From: Candidatus Geocrenenecus huangii
GTDB taxonomy: Archaea > Thermoproteota > Nitrososphaeria_A > Caldarchaeales > Wolframiiraptoraceae
Assembly: GCA_023254095.1 (NCBI GenBank)
Contig: JALNLM010000003.1
Location: 64,001 to 128,000, forward strand
Direction of reading: 5' to 3'
Length of the DNA: 64,000 bases
This document shows positions 39,047-49,489 of this stretch, piece by piece. How positions within the stretch are numbered: the first letter of the stretch is position 1; each line of letters starts with the position of its first letter. Below the pieces are notes generated by a model. That model did not search any database. It was not told the DNA's origin and was given only the letters and a program-made list of their open reading frames with translations. The position numbers and the translations under genes are program-made.

Positions 39047-40837
39047 TTAGGCTGCTAGATAATAGTATTCTCCAACCTCTTTCTGTATTTTATCTAGCTG
39101 AGAGCCGGGCTTGTTCGCTCTAGGTCTACCTGTCTCCGGGTCTCTTCTAAACGTTATATTCATTTCTTTAAGAAATTCGTTAAATCCCGTATGTAGATCT
39201 ATTGGAGGATTAGCCACACCATATCTTCCAGGCTCACCTGTGAAGACCATCAACTTACTTGATGAGAAATCTAGAACCATTAAGTCGTGTTCAACGAGGA
39301 ACGTGTATGCTTTTTTCTCTCTCGTAATCCTCTTCAGGATCTTTGATATAGCGTATCTTTCTTCAACGTCTAGATAAGCGCTCGGCTCATCGAAAAGATA
39401 CACCTCCGCATCTCTAGACAATGCTTCAGCGATCACAACCTTCTGGAGCTCGCCGCCACTTAGCTCTAGTAAGTTTTTGTCAATCATCCTTGCCAGCCCC
39501 AGAGGTTCTAGAATTTCTTCTCTATAAAGATCCGAGTCGAAGTGTTTTCCAGCGGCTTCCCTTAAGACTTGCTCAACAATAGCGTCTCTAGGTATAGGAT
39601 ACTGAGGTTTATAGCTTATAGATTTATATGAAAGCTTGAAACCTTCATCGCTTTCCTCCAATCCTGCAAGCAATTCTATGAATGTTGTCTTCCCTATACC
39701 GTTTGCTCCTACTATACCTACTACTTCACCTCTATACACTTTACCCTCTCTAACTTCAAGCTTGAAGTCTCCGTAGGTTTTAGACATGCTAGGCCAGTAT
39801 AGAGGTTCAGAGCCCTCAGCTTCTAACTCTGATGGAGGTGGTCTAACTTGGAAGATTATCTTATCTTGCCTAAACTTAACATTCTCGGAGGGGATGTATC
39901 CCTGAAGAAATATGTTTATACCCTCCCTAGCACTGAATGGGCCTGAAACGACACCGTATACTGATGGTTTCCCATACAGTACGAATATCTTGTCGGCTAA
40001 ATAATCTAAAACTGCGAGGTCGTGGTCTACTACGAGTATTCTAGAATTCTCACTGCATGAGTCTCTAATGAGAGAGGCTATCTTAAATCTCTGCTTGATA
40101 TCCAGGTATGCGCTCGGCTCATCGACTAAGAATGTATCTGCATCTCTCCCAAAACAGGCTGCGATTGCAAGACGCTGGAGCTCTCCCCCACTCAGAACAG
40201 ATACGTCTCTATCTAGCAGATGGGATAATTCAAATAACTCAATTATCTTTTCTATCTTGTCAGGCGATACCACTTTTCTCAGAAGTTCCCCGACCTTTCC
40301 TTTAACAACTTTAGGTATTTTATCTATATATTGAGGTTTATAGCTTACCCGTGTCTTTCCTTGATAAAGGAGAGTTAAGTATTCTTGGATCAATGAGCCT
40401 CTAAAATATCTTGCAACTTCTAATAGATCAACATTAGATGAATCAAGTCTGCCTAGGTTGGGTTTAAGTTGTCCTGCAAGTATCTGGGTTGCGGTAGTCT
40501 TCCCGATCCCATTTTTCCCTATCAATCCTACCACTACGTTCTTCTCAAGGTATGGAAGCCTGTATAGTCTGAAAGCATTAACACCGTATTGATGTACTAG
40601 GTCTTCGGTTAACTCTTGTGGGAGATTAACGATATATATGGCTTTAAATGGGCACTTGTTAGCACAGATACCACACCCAATGCATAAGGGTTCAACTATG
40701 ACTGGGTAGCTGTCGTCACCCATCTTTATAGCTTCAATATCATTTCTTACTGGAGGGCAGAACCTAATACATGGTATCCCGCATTTACGGGAATCGCATT
40801 TCTCTCTATCAAGAACAGCAACCCTCAGAGTAGACAA
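39047..40837 (-). CDS. rli1: ABCE1/Rli1 ribosome recycling ATPase
   Basis: N-terminal Fe-S Cys motifs, two ABC cassettes (LSGGELQ twice), C-terminal FRRD..TGRPR. Confidence 0.96.
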   Translation of the reverse strand: MSTLRVAVLDREKCDSRKCGIPCIRFCPPVRNDIEAIKMGDDSYPVIVEPLCIGCGICANKCPFKAIYIVNLPQELTEDLVHQYGVNAFRLYRLPYLEKNVVVGLIGKNGIGKTTATQILAGQLKPNLGRLDSSNVDLLEVARYFRGSLIQEYLTLLYQGKTRVSYKPQYIDKIPKVVKGKVGELLRKVVSPDKIEKIIELFELSHLLDRDVSVLSGGELQRLAIAACFGRDADTFLVDEPSAYLDIKQRFKIASLIRDSCSENSRILVVDHDLAVLDYLADKIFVLYGKPSVYGVVSGPFSAREGINIFLQGYIPSENVKFRQDKIIFQVRPPPSELEAEGSEPLYWPSMSKTYGDFKLEVREGKVYRGEVVGIVGANGIGKTTFIELLAGLEESDEGFKLSYKSISYKPQYPIPRDAIVEQVLREAAGKHFDSDLYREEILEPLGLARMIDKNLLELSGGELQKVVIAEALSRDAEVYLFDEPSAYLDVEERYAISKILKRITREKKAYTFLVEHDLMVLDFSSSKLMVFTGEPGRYGVANPPIDLHTGFNEFLKEMNITFRRDPETGRPRANKPGSQLDKIQKEVGEYYYLAA

Positions 40838-41154
40838 GGATTAACACCTCAATTACCCCTCTAGAATACCTACTTCACGTCCAACCCACGCATAGATAAT
40901 CTTTTTACCTTATCTACATTCTTAACCTTTTCTAGATATGAATCAGACCATCCTGTTAATAAGTATACCAATATTACTCATGAAAACTCTAAGCCAGTTA
41001 TAGAAGTCGCGTAGGCTATTCTATTTCTGACTTCTGTTAAACTCGAAAAGATACTATATTAACTGTGGCCTCCGTCTTGTTCCCTACAATGTATTAGATA
41101 CCGCATGTTTACAGCGCAAGAATTAGGCTGGGAGACTAACATGGAATACATGGT

Positions 41155-41337
41155 CTATTTATATCGAGGTATTGTAGAATTTTCACTAAATTTATATGCA
41201 TCTTCTAAGCCTCTAGGATGTATTCTTATAGCTAATGCCCCAAGTGTTCTCAGGATTATCTCCTTCTTTTCCGCTACCTCAACTATTTTTATTGCTTCGG
41301 AGATTATTTCCTCATCGGATAAGCTTACCGACCTCAT
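41155..41337 (-). pseudogene. Probable truncated nucleotidyltransferase-like gene fragment
   Basis: EAIKIVEVAEKKEIILRTLGALAIRIH looks like the start of a longer NTase-fold protein, but the ORF stops at 60 aa before any DxD motif. Confidence 0.4.
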
Positions 41338-41351
41338 ACACCTACATCGAC

Positions 41352-42254
41352 CTACACGCTTGAATTAAGTAGATCATGGATTGAGATAAAGTTTTTAGGT
41401 ATGGTTGCTCTAACACCTTTCTTTGGGTCGACTACTTGGTTTACAGCTATGTCTACCACTAGACTACCAAACATGTAAGCTTCCTCGAAACTCCACTTCC
41501 TCGATTTCATCAATGCCTGAACCGCGTACTCCGTAGCTATTTCAACAGCTCTATCCATATCCTCGTCAGCTGTAAGGATTGAGTAGTGGTCTCCGAGTTC
41601 AACGATCGGCCATTCAGGCTTCATCCCTTTTATCGCATTGAATCTTAAAAGTATCCTGCCTTCAACTTCTATTGATGAAACACATAGTTCTCCGTCGGCT
41701 TGAACAGCGTGAAGATCTCCCGCCGCGAACAATGCCCCATCAACGGCTACCGGTAGATATAGTCTAGCACCCCTACATACTTCTACGCAGTCGAGGTTCC
41801 CTCCATGTTTGTAGGGTACGCCTGTCGGAACATCATCTCCCTCAGGTGCTACACCTATCGTCCCTATCATTGGCCTAACTATAAGAGGGACATCATTGAA
41901 TAATGCGATACAATCTTTAATCTTGATTATCTTCGCTTTAGGCTTAAAGTCTCGTTGAGCAAGTGCTCCAGCGCCTGGAACAACTAGGATCACGCCTTCG
42001 GAGGCCACGTCTATGTCAAGAATGTCTACGATAAGCGTATCTCCCCTCTCTACTCCATTAATGTATATTGGACCCGTGGCTTTATTGACGCTCCTCCAAT
42101 CAATCTTTTCCAGAGGAGTGCCCTCGCTCCTAACCTGCCCTCCGACAGCATCCTCAGTTTCAAGTATAATGGTCTCACCCAAATCAACATACTCCACAGG
42201 CTTATGAAATCTGCTAAAACTATATACTCCTTTATCCTTAGGCACAATCTTCAT
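41352..42254 (-). CDS. Acetamidase/formamidase family protein
   Basis: TGPIYI.G, PMIGTIGVAP, HGGNLD and GDLHAVQADGE motifs; start placed at ATG 42254. Confidence 0.9.
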   Translation of the reverse strand: MKIVPKDKGVYSFSRFHKPVEYVDLGETIILETEDAVGGQVRSEGTPLEKIDWRSVNKATGPIYINGVERGDTLIVDILDIDVASEGVILVVPGAGALAQRDFKPKAKIIKIKDCIALFNDVPLIVRPMIGTIGVAPEGDDVPTGVPYKHGGNLDCVEVCRGARLYLPVAVDGALFAAGDLHAVQADGELCVSSIEVEGRILLRFNAIKGMKPEWPIVELGDHYSILTADEDMDRAVEIATEYAVQALMKSRKWSFEEAYMFGSLVVDIAVNQVVDPKKGVRATIPKNFISIHDLLNSSV

Positions 42255-42405
42255 TTGCTCAAGAAAACTATCGCATCTTCGAGATAAATCTTTCGCGCAA
42301 CCGATGAGAACCATCTACATCACCGCAAGACCTTTAATGTTTCCTGATGGATCTTAAGAGATATATATGATTGTGATAGCATAGGATTCAGGTAGGTGCA
42401 CCGTC

Positions 42406-43470
42406 TTGGTTCTGCCGAGAAATGTGATAGACAATATTCTGAGGATTAAGAAGAAGTACCTCGAATATAGAAATGGGGAAGAAGGTGAGGGGTTTGAAAG
42501 AGAAAGGAGACAACACGTAGAAGAAGTTAATAGTATACTCAGGATAGATGAATTGGAAAATCTTGATGAAACAGGCCTTCTAAGATTAGCTAACAATCTC
42601 TACGCCTTCATATGGTGGACTAGAAAAGAATACCTGGTTGATTATTGGATTAAAGGTGCTGGTGGATTAGACAAGTTGAGAAAAAATCTAGTAGAACTGC
42701 TCTATTCAGACCGTAGCTTAGCCGATAGATTTGATTCGTTCAGAAAGAACGTTAAAGGAATCGGAGTAGCGATGATTACAGAGATGTTAACATACTTCAA
42801 TCCCAGAGAATACTGTATATGGAATAAGAGAGTTAGAGAAGCATTACTAAAGATTGGAGTAAACCAGCTTGGAGCAAACTTAGATATTAGTAGAGTAGGT
42901 ATTAGCAGGCTTTCAGGTAGAGAATATGAAGCACTGATAAAAACTCTCAAAGAGATAGCTTACCACTTAAGAGATGAGAAAGCTCTTCCGAATCCTGATC
43001 TACTCGATGTTCATTATTTCCTATACTATATCGCGGAGCTAAGCGATACTCTTGATGAAGAGGTAGACCATGAAGAAATCATTAACATGGTATTGAATAT
43101 TGGGAAAGGACTTGGCTTCGATGTTTCAAGAGAGGTCCCATTAGCAACGGGTACAAGAGTAGATGTTATCTGGTCTACAAAGATAGGAAACCTAGGTGAG
43201 TTGAAATACGTATTCGAGGTTCATGTTAAAGGGAGTATTGATTCCTTACTAGTCAACTTGATGAAGGCCTCTCAAGATATAGCTGTCCAAAAAGTTATAG
43301 CTGTAGCCGTCGAAGAAGAATTAGAGAAGATCAGGAGAGAAGCCTCGGCAATAAAGATTCTCTCAGATAGATTGTTGTATTGGAATCTCAGAGAAGTTGT
43401 CAAAGCTAGTGAGTTGATAGATGAATTAATGAGTGTGATGCAGAGGCTAGGCTTAACCAAGACCTACTGA
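42406..43470 (+). CDS. Putative nuclease: helical/HhH-like N-domain plus C-terminal PD-(D/E)xK-like domain
   Basis: VKGIG.A.ITE.L...P..Y.IWN, then HEE...GLGF...E......RVDVIW...VFEVH.KG. Confidence 0.55.
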   Translation: MVLPRNVIDNILRIKKKYLEYRNGEEGEGFERERRQHVEEVNSILRIDELENLDETGLLRLANNLYAFIWWTRKEYLVDYWIKGAGGLDKLRKNLVELLYSDRSLADRFDSFRKNVKGIGVAMITEMLTYFNPREYCIWNKRVREALLKIGVNQLGANLDISRVGISRLSGREYEALIKTLKEIAYHLRDEKALPNPDLLDVHYFLYYIAELSDTLDEEVDHEEIINMVLNIGKGLGFDVSREVPLATGTRVDVIWSTKIGNLGELKYVFEVHVKGSIDSLLVNLMKASQDIAVQKVIAVAVEEELEKIRREASAIKILSDRLLYWNLREVVKASELIDELMSVMQRLGLTKTY

Positions 43471-43829
43471 AAGGCATCACTATTTCGGTAGAGAAGAATG
43501 ATTCACAGTCATCTTCATGGTTAACATATTGAAAAGCTTCAACAAGATTGTTCTATTCTACTTGATTCTTCTGCTTACATGTTGATTATACCTTTAAGCC
43601 TAAACGTGTTACAGACAACTAGATCTACCAATCCCGATATAGAGTAAAACTCGGTAACCGGGGAACTAAGATTATTAGGCTTATAAAGATGCTATAACTT
43701 CATGATCACAGTATCCTTTAACTCAATGCATTCCATATATTTAGTGTGGAAGTATGAGTTTCTTCATCTTTCATTAATGATATTATACATTATCAACTGG
43801 GGAGACACAAGCATCTAGATAATCTTCTC

Positions 43830-44966
43830 TTAGCCGATTACCATTTTCTCTTGTATTAGCTTGTTTTCTTTGAATCTTGTAGGTAGGAAAGGCTTCATCA
43901 ATTCAGGTATTTTTCCCGTCAAAATGTTTTCCGCTAACAGTTCTCCTACCAATGGAGCCATCATAAAACCGTGCCCACTATATCCGTATGCTACATATAA
44001 CCCTTCAGGCCATTCAGGATCTCTACCCATAATATGGCTACAGTCAGAAGACATCATGTAGTAGCCTGCCCAGGTCCTCATTATTCTAGCATTCTTCAAT
44101 ACAGGGATTCTCTTTGTGATGGCTCTTGCCCATCTAACTACGAAGTCAAATTTAGTCTCAAGCTGTATCAGGCCTGGCGTAGTCGGATAATCTAATGAGC
44201 CGAGGATCTCTCCCTTCAAGGTTTGACCCACAAATGCTCCTGAACCCGTATCTATGATTAGGGGATCGATAAAATAGTGGTAAGGCTCAGTCAAACACAT
44301 TTCTTTTCTTACAGGCTCGGTTGGAAGACGTATCCCTATATTCTCAAGCAGTTCATTCGTCCATGCACCGGCTGATAACACTATTACGTCTACATCCACT
44401 AGACCCTTCGCTGTCTTCAATTGTTTAACTTTTTTGTTCTCGATAATTATATTGTGTACAGGGGTCAATTCATGAAATATTACTCCTAGCTTTTTCGCAA
44501 GAGAATAGTACCCGAAGCATACATAATCGTGATGTAGGCTACCGTCTTGGGGGCCGAAGAACGCTTCCAAAACATCATCAGCATTTATGTATGGGTACCT
44601 TTCCTTGACCATGCCTGGATCTAGGAAGACTCCTTGAACACCTAGCTTACTCCACATCTTGTTAGCTTCTCTAAATCTATCTATATGTTGTTCATGAAGC
44701 AATAGCCAGAGATATCCTCCCCTATGTATTATCGGATTCCAATCCATTCTCCTCGCAAGCTTCTCAAGCCTTCTTATAGATTCCAGTGCAAATCTACTAT
44801 TTTCTTCAGCCCAGAAATGTACTCGGAACCTCGCTCCAGACCTTGTACTCGACCCATACGTTATCCAATTCTTCTCAAACAGGTGTATTTCTCCTTCATT
44901 TCTTATAGCTAGATTCCATGCTATCGATAACCCGCTTATCCCTCCACCTACGACTGCGATCTTCAC
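43830..44966 (-). CDS. FAD-dependent oxidoreductase, proline dehydrogenase / sarcosine oxidase beta-like subunit
   Basis: GGGISG, GSSTRS, AGAW, RTWAG and GYSGHGFM motifs. Confidence 0.88.
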   Translation of the reverse strand: MKIAVVGGGISGLSIAWNLAIRNEGEIHLFEKNWITYGSSTRSGARFRVHFWAEENSRFALESIRRLEKLARRMDWNPIIHRGGYLWLLLHEQHIDRFREANKMWSKLGVQGVFLDPGMVKERYPYINADDVLEAFFGPQDGSLHHDYVCFGYYSLAKKLGVIFHELTPVHNIIIENKKVKQLKTAKGLVDVDVIVLSAGAWTNELLENIGIRLPTEPVRKEMCLTEPYHYFIDPLIIDTGSGAFVGQTLKGEILGSLDYPTTPGLIQLETKFDFVVRWARAITKRIPVLKNARIMRTWAGYYMMSSDCSHIMGRDPEWPEGLYVAYGYSGHGFMMAPLVGELLAENILTGKIPELMKPFLPTRFKENKLIQEKMVIG

Positions 44967-46750
44967 TCATCTCCACCTCCAATGAACGCATATAACGGGA
45001 TCGGCGTCGTAGGTGCTCTAGCCCTTGACAGCCCAACCCTGTTAGGGTCTAGCTTAGACAAGTATGAAACATACAGAGCGGTATTAACCATACATAACCT
45101 TCCCTGACACCTCCCAGTACAAACACCTAAACTTCTCTTAACCAGTTCAAGTAACACGTATCCTTTCTCGTAGACTGTCCTCGAAACGTCCTCAGCAGTT
45201 ATATCCTCGCAGAAGCATATGAATGCGTCTTTCCTCGGCTTCTCGATGAATAGTGTAGGTGGACGATTCGACACATGATCACCTATAGGCTTACCTCTCG
45301 AAAACTCGAATACAACACTCTTCCATCCTACATTCATCTCTCTTAACTTTTCTTTATATTCTCTGATTTTTTCATCGGTTGCTGATTCAGCTTCTTTCAC
45401 TCCCAGCATGTATGCAGCTGATAAAGCCGATATCTCTCCCTCCTTCATGTGTAGGATGCTGTAGGGGGTGCCTGAAGCACCTCCAGCTATGAAGATGTTA
45501 TCTTTTAGCCTCATGTATTCATCATGTACGGGCACGAAGCCTACACCATCTATGAATACCATCTTAGAATTCAACTGATTTAGAATTCTTACATCTGGGC
45601 TGGGAAAAGCTGAGCAAACTATGAAATCAGCTTTTAACTCGTCTCTCCTACCATCATGCACTATTTTTACATTCTTTACGCATGTCTTCCCTAACGCCTC
45701 GATTTCTTCTACGTTTCCAAAACATTCTCCGATACTTGATAAACTATACTGTATTTTCTCAGGTTCGGAATAGTCTACCAATGCGACGTTTATACCTAGT
45801 TGTTTCAATTGTTCAGCAACTCTTAGACTGTTCTGATTGAACCCTATTACTAAGCCTCTTTCCCCTGGTTTTACTCCATACATATTAACCATCTCTAATA
45901 CGGTTGAGCCGGAGAATATTCCTGGCAAATCATTATTTCTGAAGACACATGGTATATCAATCTGCCCAGTTGCAATAATATATGCTTTAGCCTTCAAGAT
46001 GTAGAGGGATCTTTCTTCCTGAGAGTAAGCTATGGGATAATCTTCGAAGAACCCTGCAAAGACAGTCTTAGTAAGAATCGATAAATTCTTTAATAAAGAA
46101 ATCCTGCTGATAATATTTTCTAAAAGTTGCTCTCTGGGCATCGAAATCCCTGGAACATCTAAGTAATCATATCTTAGCCTGCCTCCAAGCTGTAGAGATT
46201 TATCTATCAAGAGGGTTCTTAAGCCGAGCTGGCTAACCGTATATGCTGCTGTCAGCCCCGCTAGACCTCCCCCAATTATAACAACATCTGATTCGAGCTG
46301 GATGGTCTTTACAGCCTTGACGGTCTTTACAGTTCTTATATCCGGATGATTTGCGAATTGCCTGATCTTGTCAACTGCCAGCCTCCATAGAAACCTATTT
46401 CTTAACAGTCTTCTATGTTGAAAGTATCCATTGAGGAATGGTGAGAAAAATTTAACCAAGAATGGGGTTGAGAGGCTTAGCTCTATCTTCTGACCATCTC
46501 TACAATATACTTCACATGGATTCAGATACTCGTCTCCGATCCTTGTCAATAGCAACCTATCTTCGGGTTCCAGACTGTAGAATCCTCTAGGCCTATACAG
46601 TTTTTTACTTCTACCAATTACTTTAAAACCATTAGAGTAGAGGGCGACGGCTACAGGTTCTAAAGAATACCCCTCAAGATTCAGATCATCGAGAAAGATG
46701 TTAACCCTATCTCCTTTTCTACTCTGAGCATGATGCGAAGAATCATCCAT
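44963..46750 (-). CDS. Proline dehydrogenase / sarcosine oxidase alpha-like subunit
   Basis: S....RPRG, GGGLAG, ATG, NNDLPG and C-terminal CFCED...G.CQG..C motifs; 4-nt overlap with the beta gene. Confidence 0.85.
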   Translation of the reverse strand: MDDSSHHAQSRKGDRVNIFLDDLNLEGYSLEPVAVALYSNGFKVIGRSKKLYRPRGFYSLEPEDRLLLTRIGDEYLNPCEVYCRDGQKIELSLSTPFLVKFFSPFLNGYFQHRRLLRNRFLWRLAVDKIRQFANHPDIRTVKTVKAVKTIQLESDVVIIGGGLAGLTAAYTVSQLGLRTLLIDKSLQLGGRLRYDYLDVPGISMPREQLLENIISRISLLKNLSILTKTVFAGFFEDYPIAYSQEERSLYILKAKAYIIATGQIDIPCVFRNNDLPGIFSGSTVLEMVNMYGVKPGERGLVIGFNQNSLRVAEQLKQLGINVALVDYSEPEKIQYSLSSIGECFGNVEEIEALGKTCVKNVKIVHDGRRDELKADFIVCSAFPSPDVRILNQLNSKMVFIDGVGFVPVHDEYMRLKDNIFIAGGASGTPYSILHMKEGEISALSAAYMLGVKEAESATDEKIREYKEKLREMNVGWKSVVFEFSRGKPIGDHVSNRPPTLFIEKPRKDAFICFCEDITAEDVSRTVYEKGYVLLELVKRSLGVCTGRCQGRLCMVNTALYVSYLSKLDPNRVGLSRARAPTTPIPLYAFIGGGDE

Positions 46751-46895
46751 GAATAATTCATAATATTTTTATCCAGACTATATTTAACTCTATTCAGCTA
46801 TCGTCTCCACAAATAAAGATTATGATAGAGTTAAGCTATAGATGAAGACATAATAGCATCCACTGAAGTCTTTTAAGTTTTTATCGTGGAGAAAA

Positions 46896-47339
46896 ATGGA
46901 ATGCTTTGAAAAGAATATGTCCACTCTAGTGCATGAGGTCAAGAGGCTTGCTGTGCTTGATTCAGAAAGATGTGTTGGATGTCAGCTCTGCATGTTTGCA
47001 TGTAGTAGAAGGTTCGGGGAAGGGGGGCTTGCTAAATCAGCTATCTTAGTTAGGAGTGTAGGAGGAATTGAGAAGGGATTAACAGTTATCGTTTGTAGAG
47101 CATGTGAAAATCCTCCATGTGCTAGAGTCTGCCCAACGGATGCTTTAGGACAGAGAAAACATGGAGGAGTAATCTTCGACTCAAGTAAATGTATAGGATG
47201 CGGTAATTGTGTAAGGGCATGCGATATAGGAGCAGTCTTCTGGGATGATGAAACAAATAAGCCGATAATATGTGTTCATTGTGGTTACTGTTCACGTTTC
47301 TGCCACTATAAAGTTATAGGGGTTGAGAAGATAAAATGA
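46896..47339 (+). CDS. 4Fe-4S dicluster ferredoxin-like subunit of AOR
   Basis: Four Cys motifs (CVGCQLC, CRAC...C...CP, CIGCGNC, CVHCGYC); ATGA overlap with aor. Confidence 0.9.
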   Translation: MECFEKNMSTLVHEVKRLAVLDSERCVGCQLCMFACSRRFGEGGLAKSAILVRSVGGIEKGLTVIVCRACENPPCARVCPTDALGQRKHGGVIFDSSKCIGCGNCVRACDIGAVFWDDETNKPIICVHCGYCSRFCHYKVIGVEKIK

Positions 47340-49102
47340 ATCCGAGAGAACCTCTGAAAAGAGTACTATACATCGATTTGTCGAAGAAGAGTTTCTGGAT
47401 AGATGAAAGAGAAGACTTATTTGAAAGATGGCTTGGAGGAGTGGGCGTAGCGGTACAGCTCTTTAAAGAAGAGGCTTCGAAGAACGTCGATCCTCTATCT
47501 CCAGAAAACCCGGTGATCTTCTCTGTGGGACCATTGACGTCACTCTACCCACTTGCCTCCAAGACAATCGCTATTTTCAAGAGTCCTCTTACAGGTAACC
47601 TAGGTGAAAGCCATGCAGGTGGAAGAAGTGCTATCGCTCTAAGGCTTGCAGGCTATGGAGCAACGGTAATCAAGGGTGCCTCCCAGCTACCCGTATACCT
47701 AGTCATTAAAGAGGAAGAAGTAGAGTTTAGAGATGCTTCAGCATTGTGGGGCGTATCTAACGCTATAACGGTTGGAAGAATATTGAGAGAAACAGCTCCA
47801 GGTCAAGGAGTAAGAACCATAATGAGGATAGGGAAGGCGGGTGAAAAACTTGTATCATATGCAGCTGTTATGACGGAAACGTATAGACACTTCGGTAGGC
47901 TGGGTTTAGGTGCAGTCTTAGGTTCAAAGAAAGTTAAGGGAATAATCATATACGGTAAGCATACGATACCTGTAGAAGACAAGAAAAAATATAGAGAAGT
48001 ATATGATAGACTCTACAAGCTTTCAGTAGAATCTGATGCTATGAAGCGATACCATGATATAGGTACCGCGATGAACATATTACCATTAAACTATATCGGA
48101 GCCCTTCCAACACGGAATCTTAATTCTAGCAGGTTTGAGGGGGCTGAAGAAATAAGTGGAGAGAACATAGCCGAGAAAAAGCTTGCTAGGAGGATCGCCT
48201 GTGCACATTGCCCAGTAGCATGCATCCATATTGCCAGTATTAGAGAACCATATCCTGATGAACCATACTTCTATAAGACAACCTTCATCTCATACGACCA
48301 CGAACTAATCTATTCTCTAGGATCAATGCTGGGTGTAAAGAAGATAGACAATGTTCTTAGATTAATCGATATCGTTGAGGCCTTTGGGTTAGATGCAATA
48401 AGTGCAGGGGTATCTCTAGCATGGGCCACGGAAGCATATAAGAGAGGTATAGTAACTATCAATGAAACACTAGTTGAACTAGATTGGGGAAACGTAGAAA
48501 ACTATATTGAGGCAATAAAATATATCGTCGAGCAGCCGAACCACTTCTACACCACGCTTGCTAAGGGGACGAGAGAAGCTTCAAAACATTATGGTGGACA
48601 AGAATTTGCATTAAACTTCGGTGGAAACGAGATGCCTGGATACCATACTGGATACGGAGCTATCATTGGATACTCCATCGGCTCAAGGCACAGCCACCTA
48701 GATTGCGCAGGCTATAGAGTGGATCAAACCATTAAGGAGCCGCCCTCTCCCGAAGAGTATGTTGAGATGCTAATAAAAGAAGAAGAGTGGAGACAGGTTT
48801 TAACAAGTCTTGTAATATGCTTATTCGCAAGAACAATATACACTGTTGAGAATGTAGTCGATGCGCTTAAACCATTAGGCTACGACTGCACAGAAGATGA
48901 GTTAAAAAAGCTAGGAGAAGAAATATACCTTGAGAAGCAAAAGCTGAAGATAGAGCTGGGATTTAATCCTAGAGAACTTAAGATACCTAGTAGAGTCTTC
49001 GAGACATCTACACCGCATGGACTACTCAGGAGAGACTATGTAGAGAAAGCACTCCAACATTACGCTGAACTCATTGAATACAAAATAAATACATCAGACT
49101 AG
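47336..49102 (+). CDS. aor: Aldehyde:ferredoxin oxidoreductase family (tungstopterin) enzyme
   Basis: KSPLTG, ESHAGG, GR.G.GAV.GSK, CAHCPVAC, GLDAIS and SL..C.F motifs. Confidence 0.9.
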   Translation: MNPREPLKRVLYIDLSKKSFWIDEREDLFERWLGGVGVAVQLFKEEASKNVDPLSPENPVIFSVGPLTSLYPLASKTIAIFKSPLTGNLGESHAGGRSAIALRLAGYGATVIKGASQLPVYLVIKEEEVEFRDASALWGVSNAITVGRILRETAPGQGVRTIMRIGKAGEKLVSYAAVMTETYRHFGRLGLGAVLGSKKVKGIIIYGKHTIPVEDKKKYREVYDRLYKLSVESDAMKRYHDIGTAMNILPLNYIGALPTRNLNSSRFEGAEEISGENIAEKKLARRIACAHCPVACIHIASIREPYPDEPYFYKTTFISYDHELIYSLGSMLGVKKIDNVLRLIDIVEAFGLDAISAGVSLAWATEAYKRGIVTINETLVELDWGNVENYIEAIKYIVEQPNHFYTTLAKGTREASKHYGGQEFALNFGGNEMPGYHTGYGAIIGYSIGSRHSHLDCAGYRVDQTIKEPPSPEEYVEMLIKEEEWRQVLTSLVICLFARTIYTVENVVDALKPLGYDCTEDELKKLGEEIYLEKQKLKIELGFNPRELKIPSRVFETSTPHGLLRRDYVEKALQHYAELIEYKINTSD

Positions 49103-49243
49103 AAAACCAAGCTCCAAGAATCACCAAATTAGAAGAAACATAAGAAGATAATAATCGGAGAAGCTACTAACATACTCTCTTCTTATACTCTTGATTAGTT
49201 TTTAGATGAGATCGGAGAAAAGAGATATAGGTTTAAGGGTATG

Positions 49244-49338
49244 TGCCGGGGGAGGGATTCGAACCCTCGACTTCGGGGTTGCATCCTCGTTGACAGGATT
49301 ATGAGCCCCGCACTCTAACCAGGCTGAGTTACCCCGGC
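49244..49338 (-). tRNA. tRNA-Met(CAT), elongator type, with 20-nt intron (about 49279-49298); CCA not encoded
   Basis: GCCGGGG acceptor stem, D-arm ACTCAGCCTGGTTAGAGT, anticodon stem CGGGG/CCCCG around CTCATAA, T-loop GGTTCGAATCC, discriminator A. Confidence 0.92.
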
Positions 49339-49489
49339 ATGTGATGCCATGTCTTCCAATTATTCGAGTATCTTATAACGATTATATAAACTCTTTACAG
49401 CGATATTTACGATTTTTCTATAACATGTTAAGGCATTGGTCTCTAGAACCGTATTAACGTTAATGGTAGGAATAAGTTCTCGGAGATTT

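Noticed and set aside
42255-42314. Upstream extension of the amidase ORF
   Set aside because: Family similarity starts near ATG 42254, and the extension lies in the divergent promoter region
43471-43829. Possible decayed secreted-protein gene (MVNILKSFNKIVLFYLILLLTC*)
   Set aside because: Too short and interrupted to support without a homology search
49279-49303. Alternative splicing of the tRNA at 33/34 would give a TGC (Ala) anticodon
   Set aside because: No BHB pairing supports that junction, and the acceptor stem lacks the G3:U70 Ala determinant
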